From: an uncultured Spirochaetota bacterium
GTDB lineage: Bacteria > Spirochaetota > Spirochaetia > SZUA-6 > Fen-1364
Direction: 5' to 3'
Assembly (NCBI GenBank): GCA_963734545.1
Contig: CAVTHO010000007.1
Span: 64,001-128,000 of the forward strand
Length of the DNA stretch: 64,000 nt
Shown: positions 10,252 to 20,708 of the stretch, one piece after another
Layout: each line of letters opens with the position of its first letter
Numbering within the stretch: position 1 is the stretch's first letter
Notes under the pieces: generated by a model
What the model was told of the DNA's origin: nothing
Databases searched by the model: none
Seen by the model: only the letters and a program-made list of their open reading frames with translations
Program-made: the position numbers and the translations under genes

Positions 10252-11549
10252 TGGACGGGCACGCCACGGGGCATGACGGACTCCGCGCCAATCGGAACTT
10301 CCACAACTACTTTGCCGCACGGATCGTCTCCCAGCTCGGCGACCAGCTCTACGTCTTCGCCATCAGCTGGTTTGTGCTCGACATCACGAAGTCAAGCTTC
10401 CACATGGCCGCCCTTCTGGCGGTCAACTCGCTCGCGGTGATGGCGGTCGCGCCCTTCGGCGGACTTATCGCGGACAGGGTCAGCCGGAAATGGGTGATGG
10501 TGGGCACGGACATCGTCCAGGGAGTCGTCCTGCTGGCGATATTCCTGCTGCAGCAGGGGAATCTCCTGTCGATCGGGGTGCTCTACGCGGCAACCGCGCT
10601 GCTGGGCTTGTGCAGCGCCGTCTTCTCTCCGGCCGCCAGCGCAATCGTGCCGGGAATCGTCGGCGGCGCGCACGTGCCTGCCGCGGTCGCGGCTGGCCAG
10701 GCTGCCTCGAACTTCTGCACGATTGCCGGCATGCTGCTGGGCGGGGCGCTCTACAGGCTCGTCGGCATCTCGGGCATCCTGATGCTGAACGCAGTCACCA
10801 ACCTTGTCGCTGCCGCAATGGAGTCGCGCATCCATGTCGCGCAGGTGGTATCCCGCGCAGCGGGAGTGGGCGTGCGCGCATCAATGGAATTGAAACGGTT
10901 CGTCGGGGAGCTTCGAGGAGGGCTCCGCCAGGTGCGTGCGGACAGGACCGTCTTTTCCCTTCTCCTGGTCAACACCGCATTCACCCTTGCGGTTCTGCCC
11001 ATCGCAATGGTGTACCTGCCCTACCTTTTCAACGTGCTGCTCGGAGCGTCGCCTCTGCAGGCGGCTGTCCCCCAGGCGGCCACCTGGGCCGGTATTATCG
11101 CCGGCAGCATCGTTGCCGCGCGCCTGCTGCGCCGCCGCCGACCGGAGGCGCTCATTTCGGCAGGGCTGGGGACTCTGGGCGCCCATACCATCCTCATGAC
11201 GGGGCTTCTCGGAGTGAGCCACCTGTTGGGGGCCGCGTGGATGAGCGCCGCCTGCACCGTGGGCAACGCGATTGCGGGAGCAGCCGCGGCCTTCTTCGTC
11301 GTCCCCGTGTATGCGCTGTTCCACGCGCGGAGCCTCGATGAGTTCCGCGGCCGGTTCTGGGGCGTGGAGAGCTCCCTGCGCACCGCGGCGATGTGCGTCG
11401 GCTATTTCGCCGCCGGCATTCTGGCCCAAAGGCTGCCGCTCGGCTTCGTCTTTGCGGGAACGGCCGCGATGCTTCTCTTCCTGTTCGCATGGGTCGCGCG
11501 GCTGCGCCCGGCGCCTGCGGCTGTCGGGCTGGTGCCTCCTCCGTGCTGA
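10248..11549 (+). CDS. MFS transporter (MefA/DHA3-like)
   Basis: SQLGDQL, motif A GLIADRVSRK, about 12 hydrophobic segments, RGRFWG. Confidence 0.88.
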   Translation: MMDGHATGHDGLRANRNFHNYFAARIVSQLGDQLYVFAISWFVLDITKSSFHMAALLAVNSLAVMAVAPFGGLIADRVSRKWVMVGTDIVQGVVLLAIFLLQQGNLLSIGVLYAATALLGLCSAVFSPAASAIVPGIVGGAHVPAAVAAGQAASNFCTIAGMLLGGALYRLVGISGILMLNAVTNLVAAAMESRIHVAQVVSRAAGVGVRASMELKRFVGELRGGLRQVRADRTVFSLLLVNTAFTLAVLPIAMVYLPYLFNVLLGASPLQAAVPQAATWAGIIAGSIVAARLLRRRRPEALISAGLGTLGAHTILMTGLLGVSHLLGAAWMSAACTVGNAIAGAAAAFFVVPVYALFHARSLDEFRGRFWGVESSLRTAAMCVGYFAAGILAQRLPLGFVFAGTAAMLLFLFAWVARLRPAPAAVGLVPPPC

Positions 11550-11671
11550 CCGGTCAGCGCTCCTCCCTGGACGCGATCCGGGCCTTCGCCTATGATCCCG
11601 ACGACGCCTGCATCGTTTGAGGGCCGGAGTGAAAATGGAAACTCGCTCCGGTCAGTGATCGGAGGGAAGCT

Positions 11672-12839
11672 GTGGACAGACTGGAAAGGCTCACTCCGCT
11701 GCTGGAAGAGTTCGTGGAAAAGGGGCCGCCCGGCTGCGCGTGCATCATCGTGCGCCGTGGGGGCGTGGTGTACGAAAAGTACATGGGCTATGCGGACCGG
11801 GAGAGAAAAAAGGAAATCTCTCCGGATACCATCTATCGGCTCTTTTCAAACAGCAAACCTGTCACGTGCGCAGCGGCATTGATTCTGTACGAGCGGGGTC
11901 TCTACCTCCTCAGTGATCCGGTCAGTGACTACCTCCCGGAGTTCAAGGACATGCAGGTCTACCGGTCCGTGCCCGACACGCCCTCTCAGGTTTCCCCCGC
12001 CAACGGACCGATCCGAATCGTGGACCTTTTCACCATGACGTCAGGATTGTGCTACCCGGGGGATTCGTCGGAAACAGCGCGCCGGACCCGGGACATCCTG
12101 CAGGACCTGGAACAGAAGGAACGAGACGGTTCGAAATTCGACATCCGGGCCATGTCCCGTGCGCTGGCGGGCATTCCGCTCGCTTTTGATCCGGGCGCCC
12201 GCTGGATGTATGGGACGAGTCATGACGTTCTGGGCGCGCTGATCGAGGTCCTGTCCGGCAAGACCCTCGGCAGATTCATGCAGGATGAGATCTTCGATCC
12301 CCTGGGCATGAAAGACACGTCCTTCCGGTTGCCCGAGGACAAGAGAGCAAGATTGTGCTGCCTGTACGATCTCTCTCCGGATGGCTCTCTGACGAAGAAC
12401 AGCAGCATGGACACCCATTACCGGCCGGATGCACTCCTGGAGACCGGCGGGGGCGGGCTGCTCTCTACGATAGGGGACCACAGCCGTTTCGCCCAGATGC
12501 TGGGATGCGGGGGATTCTTTCAATGGCGAGCAGATACTGGGGCGCAAAACGGTTCAGCTCATGTGTACAAACCATTTGAAACCCCACCAGCTCGCGGAGT
12601 ACAACTGGGACATCCTGGCAGGATACGGGTACGGGCTCGGCGTGCGGGTGATGATGGATCGGGCCGGTGGAGGGTCCAACGGATCCCCCGGAGAGTTCGG
12701 CTGGAGCGGATTGGCCGGCACGTGGGCACTTGTGGACCCCGCGGAAGAGCTGTCAGCCGTCTATGCGCAGCAGATGATACCGAATCTCGAAGCGCGTCAG
12801 ATGCCGCGACTCCGAAACGTCCTGTACGGGGCGCTCTGA
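11672..12839 (+). CDS. Serine hydrolase, beta-lactamase class C-like family, frameshift near 12516
   Basis: SxxK motif FSNSK, LFTMTSGL, PLAFDPG..WMYG, GGGGLLST, then FGWSGLAGT in the second frame. Confidence 0.87.
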
Positions 12840-12940
12840 TTCCCCGATAAAAAACGTTCTCCGCGGCCCGGTTGCATGCTATACTATCGCAGTCTTCTCG
12901 CCTGCCGCGCGGCAGCGGGGCAGAGCCAAGGAAAACGTGC

Positions 12941-14956
12941 ATGACCAGAGGTTCCGAGGAGGCGCTGACTCAACGAATTGCGGCCCTGGAGAGCGAGATC
13001 GCCCGGTTGCGGAGCGGCCGCGCACACGCAACCCTTGGCGAAATAATGGAAGCCCGGTCCTCCGCTATTCTGGAGATAGTCGGCAACAAGTCACCGAACG
13101 CCATATACGTCAAGGATGTGCAGGGCCGCTACGTGCTGGTGAACGACCAGTTCTGCCGCGTCGCCGGTCTGCCCCGGGAGTCGATTCTGGGCAAGTCCAT
13201 TGGGGACATCTTTTCCCGCCAGGTAGCCGAAGAGCACCGGGCCAATGACCGGCTCGTCATCGGCAGCGGGAAAACCATGTCTTTTGCCGAGTTCGCCGAC
13301 TTTCCGGACGGGCGTCACGAATATGAGTCGACCAAGTTCCCGATAGTAGATGAAACCGGAATGGTCGTCGCGGTGGGGGGCATCTCGACGGACATTACCG
13401 CGCAGAAGGATGCGGAGACCTCCCTGCGGGAGAGCGAGGAGAAGTTCCGTCTTGCCTTCTATTCCAATCCCCTGGCCATCAATCTCAACCGGCTCAGCGA
13501 CGGCGTCTACATCGACATCAATGAGGGATTCACGCGCCTCATGGGGTACAGCCAGGAGGAGGTCATCGGAAAGTCGTCTCTCGATCTCGGCATCTGGGTG
13601 GATGAAGCCGACCGCGAAAGGATGGTCCGCGAGTTCGCCGCATCCGGCAGGGTGGAGAACCTTCGCGCAAAGTTCAGGCGCAAGAGCGGGGAGATCGGGA
13701 TCGGCGTCATGTCAGCGCGGACCCTGCGCATCGCCGGTGAGACGGTGGTGTTGTCCCTCACGGCGGACGTCACCGCGGAGTCGGAGCTGGAGGAGCGGTA
13801 CCGGCAGGCCCAGAAGATGGAGGCCGTCGGGCGGCTTGCAGGCGGTGTGGCCCATGATTTCAACAACCTTCTGATTCCCATCCTCAGCTACGCGGAGATG
13901 CTGGGGGAGACGCTGGACCAGGGTGATGAACGGCGTGGCATGACGGAGGAGATCCTGAAAGCAGGACAGCGCGCGGCGAACCTGGCCAGGCAGATTCTCG
14001 CCTTCAGCCGGAAGCAGGTCCTGGACATGAGGCCCCTGGACTTGAACGCGCTCATTCAGGATTTCCAGACGATGATTGTCCGGCTCCTGGCGGAGAACAT
14101 CGAAGTCCGTCTGGAGCTCTCGCCGGAGGTCGGCTGCGTGCGCGCGGACAGCATGCAGATCGAGCAGGTCCTCATGAATCTCGCGGTCAATGCGGGAGAC
14201 GCGATGCCCGACGGAGGCGTGCTGGCCATCACGACCTTTGTGGGAGCCCTGGATGAACCGGCCAGGGGGAAGTTCGCCGACGAGCCGCTGCCGGGGCGGT
14301 ACGCCGTCATGGCCGTGCGTGATACCGGTGAGGGCATGGCGGCCGAGACCCTCGCACACATCTTCGAGCCTTTCTTCACGACAAAGGAGGAGGGAAAAGG
14401 CACGGGGCTGGGCCTGGCAACCGTTTTCGGGATCGTCAAGCAGCACCAGGGGCATATCGAGGTCTCCAGCCGTCCCGGCGCGGGGACCACCTTCAAAGTC
14501 TACCTGCCGCTCTGCGCGGAGACGGAGTCCGCTCGCCCGCGGATCCCGGAGCGAGCCCCTTCTCTCAAGGGCAGTGAGATCGTGCTCATCGTGGAGGATG
14601 AACCGGCGGTTCGCAAGCTGGTGTGCGGCGCGCTGGAAAGAAACGGCTACGTCGTGATGGCTGCCGGGAACGCGGACGAGGCCCTGCGCCTGAGCAGGGA
14701 ATGGGACCCGTCCACGGTTCCCCATCTTCTCCTCACTGACCTGATCATGCCCGGCACGAATGGCCGCGAGCTGCACGCGGAGATGAGCGCGCGATTCCCC
14801 TCCCTCCGCGCCATCTTCATGTCGGGGTATACCGACGAGGTGATTGTCCGGCACGGGCTTCATGAAGAGGGCGTCGCCCTGCTGCTGAAGCCTTTCACGA
14901 TCCATGACCTGCTCGCCAGAGTGCGCGCGACACTGGACGGGCAGGGGACACGCTGA
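12941..14956 (+). CDS. Hybrid sensor kinase (PAS-PAS-HisKA-HATPase-REC, CckA-like)
   Basis: [45 protein letters not shown]. Confidence 0.93.
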   Translation: MTRGSEEALTQRIAALESEIARLRSGRAHATLGEIMEARSSAILEIVGNKSPNAIYVKDVQGRYVLVNDQFCRVAGLPRESILGKSIGDIFSRQVAEEHRANDRLVIGSGKTMSFAEFADFPDGRHEYESTKFPIVDETGMVVAVGGISTDITAQKDAETSLRESEEKFRLAFYSNPLAINLNRLSDGVYIDINEGFTRLMGYSQEEVIGKSSLDLGIWVDEADRERMVREFAASGRVENLRAKFRRKSGEIGIGVMSARTLRIAGETVVLSLTADVTAESELEERYRQAQKMEAVGRLAGGVAHDFNNLLIPILSYAEMLGETLDQGDERRGMTEEILKAGQRAANLARQILAFSRKQVLDMRPLDLNALIQDFQTMIVRLLAENIEVRLELSPEVGCVRADSMQIEQVLMNLAVNAGDAMPDGGVLAITTFVGALDEPARGKFADEPLPGRYAVMAVRDTGEGMAAETLAHIFEPFFTTKEEGKGTGLGLATVFGIVKQHQGHIEVSSRPGAGTTFKVYLPLCAETESARPRIPERAPSLKGSEIVLIVEDEPAVRKLVCGALERNGYVVMAAGNADEALRLSREWDPSTVPHLLLTDLIMPGTNGRELHAEMSARFPSLRAIFMSGYTDEVIVRHGLHEEGVALLLKPFTIHDLLARVRATLDGQGTR

Positions 14957-15024
14957 GCGGCCACCGCCTGCCTGATCATTCGACCAAAACCCTCCCGGCG
15001 GGTATACTGCGCGCGGGTAAATGC

Positions 15025-16605
15025 ATGAAGAACAAGCGTCCCGTCACCGTCCCCCCGGCTCCCTCCGCGCAGGCCGCACCCTCCCGTGGGCTTCGCGGAT
15101 ACCTCCTGTTCACCGCGTGCATCGCGGGCGCCGCGATCATGATCGTGGAGATTCTCGGCGCGCGGATGCTTGCCCCGTATTTCGGCACGTCCCACTTCGT
15201 ATGGACGGCGCAGATCGCCGTGACCCTGGCGGCGCTCGCCCTGGGCTACTACGCAGGGGGACGCCTCGTGGACCGATCCGCCCGGCTGGGCAGGCTCTAC
15301 CTTGCCATCCTGACGGCCGCGGTCGCGCTGGTGGCGACCGTTGCCGTGCGCCAGTGGCTGGCTTACCAGCTTCTCCCTCTGCCCCTTCCCGCGGGATCCC
15401 TGCTCGCTGCCGTGTGCCTTTTTTTCATCCCGCTGTTTCTGCTGGCCATGACGGGGCCGTTCCTCGTGCGCGTCGTGGCACAGTCCCTCTCCGTTGTCGG
15501 CGGAACGGTCGGCCGCATTTCATCCATCAGCACGCTGGGGAGCTTCATCGGAACCGCGGCAATCGGATACCTGCTGATCCCGCTCGTCCCCAACTCCTCG
15601 ACCATGTACGGCACTGCCGCGATGCTGGCCCTGGTAGCGGGCATCTATTTCCTGATCTGGGGACGCACGCGGCGTGCCCTGGCGGGCGTTGTCCTGTGCC
15701 TCGTTGCCGGAGCGGGCCTCGGGTGGTATGGGTTGAGCGTGGATGGCCCCCGGCTGCCTGCCGGTGAGGAGCTTTACCGGGGCAATTCGAGCTTCGGCAT
15801 GATCCAGGTCCTGCAGACCCGGCAGCCCCCGCATCGCTACTACCTGACGGACTACCTCATTCAGAACGTCTACGATGCGACCCTCGGCACGAGCACCGTC
15901 ATGTTCACCTACATGCTGGAGGACCTGGCGCGTGCCTACACGCCGCGGCTGGACGATGTGCTGTGCATCGGCATGGGAATCGGCATCGTGCCCCGGGAGC
16001 TTGCGGCGGGCGGATCACGCGTCGAGGTGGTGGAGATCAACCCCGCGGTGGTGAACGTGGCGCGCGCGTGGTTCGGCCTGGACACCGGCGCGTTCACTCT
16101 CACGATCGGCGACGGCCGATGGTTTCTGAACAGGACCCGCTCGAAGTACGACGCGGTGATCCTCGATGCCTTTGTGGGAGACGGAAGCCCGTCGCACCTC
16201 ATGAGCCGCGAGGCTTTCGAGGCCGTGCGCCGCGTCCTCAAGCCGGAGGGCGCTCTGGTCATCAACACATTTGCGGACTTCGACTCACCCGGAGACTACA
16301 TGGGAGCGTCGCTGTACAAGACCCTTTCCGCGGTCTTTCCCAGCGTGCGCATCCATGGCGCGCGCGGTGCCAACACGCTGTTCGTCGCCTCCCTTCGTTC
16401 CCCGCTCACCGTCCTGCACGAGCCGGACTACGGCCGCGTGCATCCTGACGCCCTCCACGACGTGCGCTCCGCATTTGCACGGACGCTGGAGCCGGATCTC
16501 GGCACCGGGATCGTGCTGACCGATGACTACAATCCCGTGGAGTACTACGACGCGGCCAACCGGGAGAAGCTCCGGAGGATGCTCGCCATCTCCATGAGGA
16601 AATAG
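15025..16605 (+). CDS. Fused MFS-like membrane domain / spermidine synthase-like methyltransferase
   Basis: EILGARMLAPYFGTS transmembrane domain; VLCIGMGIG, VEINP, YDAVILDAF, LTDDYNPVE. Confidence 0.88.
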   Translation: MKNKRPVTVPPAPSAQAAPSRGLRGYLLFTACIAGAAIMIVEILGARMLAPYFGTSHFVWTAQIAVTLAALALGYYAGGRLVDRSARLGRLYLAILTAAVALVATVAVRQWLAYQLLPLPLPAGSLLAAVCLFFIPLFLLAMTGPFLVRVVAQSLSVVGGTVGRISSISTLGSFIGTAAIGYLLIPLVPNSSTMYGTAAMLALVAGIYFLIWGRTRRALAGVVLCLVAGAGLGWYGLSVDGPRLPAGEELYRGNSSFGMIQVLQTRQPPHRYYLTDYLIQNVYDATLGTSTVMFTYMLEDLARAYTPRLDDVLCIGMGIGIVPRELAAGGSRVEVVEINPAVVNVARAWFGLDTGAFTLTIGDGRWFLNRTRSKYDAVILDAFVGDGSPSHLMSREAFEAVRRVLKPEGALVINTFADFDSPGDYMGASLYKTLSAVFPSVRIHGARGANTLFVASLRSPLTVLHEPDYGRVHPDALHDVRSAFARTLEPDLGTGIVLTDDYNPVEYYDAANREKLRRMLAISMRK

Positions 16606-16616
16606 ACGACCGGGCG

Positions 16617-17651
16617 TCAGCGAACCTCCGTTCCGTCGGGCTGGGGAGCGCCGAAGACCGGGTTCCCGTCCGCGTCCCAGCCGAACCGCTGGACCCGCGT
16701 GTCCCGATTCGGATCCAGGATGGCGGGGGTCCTCACCCTTTCGCTCGACCGGGCATGGTAGACGAGGTAATCCACGCTGCCATCCGGCGAGGTCGTGAAG
16801 CTGTTGTGCCCCGGCCCCCATATGTGTGCCTCCGGGTTGCTGTCGAAAACGGGTCTTTGGCTCTTGGTCCAGGAGGAAGGCTCGAGGAGGTTCGAGTCGG
16901 CCGATGCGGTCAGCATTCCCATGCAGTAGGTCGCGTCGACATAGTTGGCCGAATAGGACAGAAAGAGCTTTCCGTTGCGCTGAAGAACGGACGGGCCTTC
17001 GTTTGTGCGGCGCATCCTCAGTTCCCATCCCCGGTCAGCCGTCGATATCATCACCTGCCGGCCCTCGATGGTCCATGGGTTCGACAAAGGCGCGATATAG
17101 AGATCGAGAGGGCCGTTCATGTCCAAGGTTCGACGCTGTGCCCAGACGAGGTACCTGACCCCGTCGCTGGCGAACGTCGTGGCATCCAGTGAGATCGTGT
17201 CCCACTCCGTCCGGATCTTTCCCCGTTCAGTCCAGGTGCCCTCCAGGGGATCCGCGGATCGGTTTTCCAGCACATAGAGACGCACATCATAGGGGGAGGA
17301 GGCTGAGCCGGCGGCGAAATAGATGTACCAGACGCCGTCGATGAAGTGGAGCTCCGGCGCCCAGATATTGGCGGCCATGTCGCCGCGCAAATGCCTTTTC
17401 CAGACTGTGACGGGCTGCGCGGCGGCGAGTCCCCCGATGGTGGCGCTCTTCCGAAGGTCGATCCTGTCGTATTCAGGAACCGTCGCGCTGAAATAGTAGA
17501 AGCCATCCGAATGCAGGTATATCCATGGGTCCGCATGACGGGGGAGCAGCGGGTTCACAAAGGGTGTTCCAGGCTCCGCATGCAGCCGGGCAACCGACAT
17601 GACCCCGCAGGCGAGGAACATGACCAGCATGATTTGCTTTGATATGCGCAC
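16617..17651 (-). CDS. Secreted GH43 alpha-L-arabinofuranosidase-like glycosidase
   Basis: ADPW, WAPELH, LDATTF, NEGP, GPGHNSF; signal peptide. Confidence 0.92.
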   Translation of the reverse strand: MRISKQIMLVMFLACGVMSVARLHAEPGTPFVNPLLPRHADPWIYLHSDGFYYFSATVPEYDRIDLRKSATIGGLAAAQPVTVWKRHLRGDMAANIWAPELHFIDGVWYIYFAAGSASSPYDVRLYVLENRSADPLEGTWTERGKIRTEWDTISLDATTFASDGVRYLVWAQRRTLDMNGPLDLYIAPLSNPWTIEGRQVMISTADRGWELRMRRTNEGPSVLQRNGKLFLSYSANYVDATYCMGMLTASADSNLLEPSSWTKSQRPVFDSNPEAHIWGPGHNSFTTSPDGSVDYLVYHARSSERVRTPAILDPNRDTRVQRFGWDADGNPVFGAPQPDGTEVR

Positions 17652-17952
17652 AGCAGAGCTCCTTTCTCAATCAACAGTCTTTCTGGTGCCGCATGCATCG
17701 TAAGCGCGTCGCAGGGCGGCGTCTTTGGACAGGACGGCTTTTTTGTGCACGAAACGATGCTTTGCACAGTAACTGTTCCAGGGTGTTCCAGAGCCATGCG
17801 CTTTGCTCGATTTTGAGACACTTTGCGTGTGCTTCATATCGGCCTCCAGCCGAAACTCTCCGCGAAGATTTTCAGCAAATATCGATGCTATATGAAATAG
17901 GGCCAATTCCTCTGAAAAAAGCCTTTGACATGGCTATTGGCATGCGAGTTGC

Positions 17953-18525
17953 ATGACAATGGGCATGCGTGCCAGCTTTCGAATGCATCATGCGCTCGTC
18001 CTGGCGTCGGTCCTGCTCCTGTTGCCGGTCCATTCTCATGGCCAGTCGATACTCGCCATCGCAAAGGCGGGCGGTGCGGATGAGGTCAGGAATGCGCTGG
18101 CAAAGGGGTCCCCCATCTGTGATCGCGATGAGCAGGGCGCGTCTCCCCTCCTCATCGCCGCCGCCTGCAATCCGGATCCGGATGTGATCAGAGTGCTCGT
18201 GGCAGCCGGCGCCAGGCTCGACGAGCGCGACCAGTATGACATGACTTCTCTCATGCGGGCTGCGGCGTCGAACCCCAATCCAGATGTCCTTGTCGCGCTC
18301 ATCGAGGCCGGTGCGTGCGTCAACGACAGGGACCAGTTCGGGCTCACGCCGCTCATCTACGCGGCGGGGACGAACAATCGACCTGAGATCGTCAAGCTGC
18401 TGATCTCCGCCGGCGCCGATGTAAGGTACAAAGACGAGTTCGGCATGACGGCGTTCGACTATCTCCGCCAGAATGTGAAATTGAGAACCACCGCAGCCTA
18501 CTTCTACCTGAGGAACGCTCAATAA
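17953..18525 (+). CDS. Exported ankyrin-repeat protein
   Basis: Repeats G.SPLLIAA / TSLMRAA / GLTPLIYAA..LI.AGA. Hydrophobic N-terminus; exact start uncertain. Confidence 0.85.
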   Translation: MTMGMRASFRMHHALVLASVLLLLPVHSHGQSILAIAKAGGADEVRNALAKGSPICDRDEQGASPLLIAAACNPDPDVIRVLVAAGARLDERDQYDMTSLMRAAASNPNPDVLVALIEAGACVNDRDQFGLTPLIYAAGTNNRPEIVKLLISAGADVRYKDEFGMTAFDYLRQNVKLRTTAAYFYLRNAQ

Positions 18526-18605
18526 CGAGGGATGCGGCAATGAGACGCCGCCTCACGGCACATGACGCCACGGCACATGAGGCAGTATCAGGTCCTGATT
18601 CGGCC

Positions 18606-19187
18606 CTATCGAGCCTTGCCTGCCGCTGTGGCCTCAGGTACTTCCTTCAATCGACCCGTCTTCACGTCGTACACGTATCCGTAGATCGGGATGTCGGCGG
18701 GAACAAGCGGATGACTGCGAATACGCGTGACGTCAGAGAGAACACTCTGCGACTGCTCCTTTATCGTCAGCCAGTCGACAAACTGGCCTTCCGCTGATCC
18801 AGGGCCAGGACCCTTGTCGGTCCACGCCTTGCCGTCGAACGCCGCGGTCTTCAGGCTCCGGGCGAGGAGGTCGCGCATGATTTCATCGGTGAATGTCTCC
18901 ATACCGCACTCCGAGTGGTGAATGACGAACCATTCCCGGGTGCCCAGGAGCTTGTAGGAGATGACGAGCGACCGGATTGCATCATCGCTGGCGCGGCCTC
19001 CTGCGTTCCGGATGATATGGGCGTCCCCCTCGGCAAGCCCCGCGTACCTGGCCGGATCCAGCCTCGCGTCCATGCAGGTCAGGATCGCGAATTTGCGGGC
19101 CGGCGGCATGGCGAGCGTGCCTTTGTTTCCGAAGCTATCTGCATAGCGGACGTTCGCCGCCAGAACCTCATCTCGAACAGCACTCAA
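18606..19187 (-). CDS. Beta-class carbonic anhydrase
   Basis: [42 protein letters not shown] precedes TTG. Confidence 0.92.
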   Translation of the reverse strand: MSAVRDEVLAANVRYADSFGNKGTLAMPPARKFAILTCMDARLDPARYAGLAEGDAHIIRNAGGRASDDAIRSLVISYKLLGTREWFVIHHSECGMETFTDEIMRDLLARSLKTAAFDGKAWTDKGPGPGSAEGQFVDWLTIKEQSQSVLSDVTRIRSHPLVPADIPIYGYVYDVKTGRLKEVPEATAAGKAR

Positions 19188-19292
19188 AGTGACCCTCCTT
19201 GTATTGAAGTGTTTGATAAGCTTACAAAGGGGAATCACGATTGTCAAGTAATCATATTGAATTACTTGAGTTACTCAGGGCCGACGACTTTC

Positions 19293-20156
19293 TCAGCTCC
19301 GCTTTTCTGCGAGAGGTTTCAGGTATTCGACGCTCATACGCACAAGCTCTTCCTCAGGGGTGTGGATCCACTCGCGCGAGGGATCATGGATCTCGATGCA
19401 CAACAAGCCGGCATAGCCCGTCGCGCGCAGGTGGTCCAGGATCGCCGGCACGTTCACCAGACCTTTGCCGGTCGGCGTGCAGGAGAAGGTCGGGCCCGCT
19501 GTCAGCGCGCTCTGCTCGATCACGAGGTCCTTGATGTGGGTGGCTGCCACGAAGGGCGCGAGTTTCCGGGCGCCTTCGACCGGATCATCGCCGACCGCCA
19601 GGAGGTTGCCGGTGTCCAGCGTCACCTTCAGATTCGCAGAGTCCATGCGCTCGAGCAGGCGGAGCATGGCGTCCGCGTTGAAATCTCCATGGTTCTCGAT
19701 TGCCAGCACGACGCCCTGATCTTCTGCCGCGCGAAGCGCCTCACGGAGCACAGGATCCAGGTTCCGGGCGAACTCCGCCTCGAGCTCCTTGGAGTAGCGC
19801 GAGCCTGAAGCGGTAATGCGCAACGTGCGGCAGTTCAGCTCGAGCGCGGAAGGGATGTGGCGCTTGAGATCCTCCAGGGCCGCCCGGCTGGTGCCTCGCT
19901 CCAGGCCGATGGGGTGGCCCCAGGCAAGGACTCGCTCGAGCCCCGCATCGTCCAGCGCGGACCGAAGCTCGACGAGAAAGGGCTTGTCCAGCGCGGGCAT
20001 GTAGCAGGTTTCGAGTGAGAGCCCTTCAGCGCCGACCTTCCGGGCAAATGCAATGAGGTCGAAGGCGGTCCAGCGCGTGCCGGGATCAAGCTCCCTCCCC
20101 GTGTGGATCTCGCCGAAGTACCTGTGGAAGCAATAGCTGTCAATGCCGACCTTCAT
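19293..20156 (-). CDS. Sugar phosphate isomerase/epimerase (AP endonuclease 2 TIM barrel)
   Basis: LAIENHGD, LDTGN, THIKD, CIE. Confidence 0.88.
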   Translation of the reverse strand: MKVGIDSYCFHRYFGEIHTGRELDPGTRWTAFDLIAFARKVGAEGLSLETCYMPALDKPFLVELRSALDDAGLERVLAWGHPIGLERGTSRAALEDLKRHIPSALELNCRTLRITASGSRYSKELEAEFARNLDPVLREALRAAEDQGVVLAIENHGDFNADAMLRLLERMDSANLKVTLDTGNLLAVGDDPVEGARKLAPFVAATHIKDLVIEQSALTAGPTFSCTPTGKGLVNVPAILDHLRATGYAGLLCIEIHDPSREWIHTPEEELVRMSVEYLKPLAEKRS

Positions 20157-20284
20157 GATGGTCCTCCGTGGCAGAGAATACCGAATGCACAAAATGACCG
20201 CAATGGAAATCCCGTGAAATGGGGCTACACTTGAAGTGCGCCCAATCTAGATAACGGTGGTCGTCTGTGGCAAGGAGGGAAGGC

Positions 20285-20518
20285 ATGAAAAAAGCGCTCC
20301 TGGTTGTCGTCGTGATCTTCTTCGTTCTTGCGGTCCCTCTGTCGGTGTCTGCTCAACCGAATCAGGGGAATGGACATGCGTGGTGCTTTGGCTGGGGATT
20401 CTTCTGGCACCATTTCGGGTGGGGATGGCATCATGGCTTCACCCCGCCTGCCACGCCTCCCCTGCCGCCGGCCGAGCCCGGCGATCCCAAGGGGGGAGAT
20501 GGCGGCGGGAAGGGCTGA
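20285..20518 (+). CDS. Small secreted Trp/His/Gly-rich protein (77 aa)
   Basis: AAGGAGG SD; signal peptide MKKALLVVVVIFFVLAVPLSVSA; GHAWCFGWGFFWHHFGWGWHHGF followed by a Pro/Gly tail. Confidence 0.7.
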   Translation: MKKALLVVVVIFFVLAVPLSVSAQPNQGNGHAWCFGWGFFWHHFGWGWHHGFTPPATPPLPPAEPGDPKGGDGGGKG

Positions 20519-20629
20519 AAGGCGGCGCGACGGAACTACCGGTCAGCCGCGACAGTCTTCGCGCAGACAGTGTCTCACCTTGCCCGGCATGGAAATCGAG
20601 TGATACATTCTTGTTGCGGGCACGCCAGG

Positions 20630-20660
20630 GCGGCGGGCAGTCACGATGCCCGCCGCTTTT
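20630..20660 (+). terminator. Rho-independent terminator
   Basis: GCGGCGGGCA-N7-TGCCCGCCGC-TTTT. Confidence 0.7.
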
Positions 20661-20708
20661 GCATTGACGCTCCTCGTTTCAACCTGAGCCTGCACCAGGA
20701 GGGAACAC

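Noticed and set aside
15025-16605. Membrane domain fused to a spermidine-synthase-like domain as a novelty
   Set aside because: This is an already recognised, widespread fused family.
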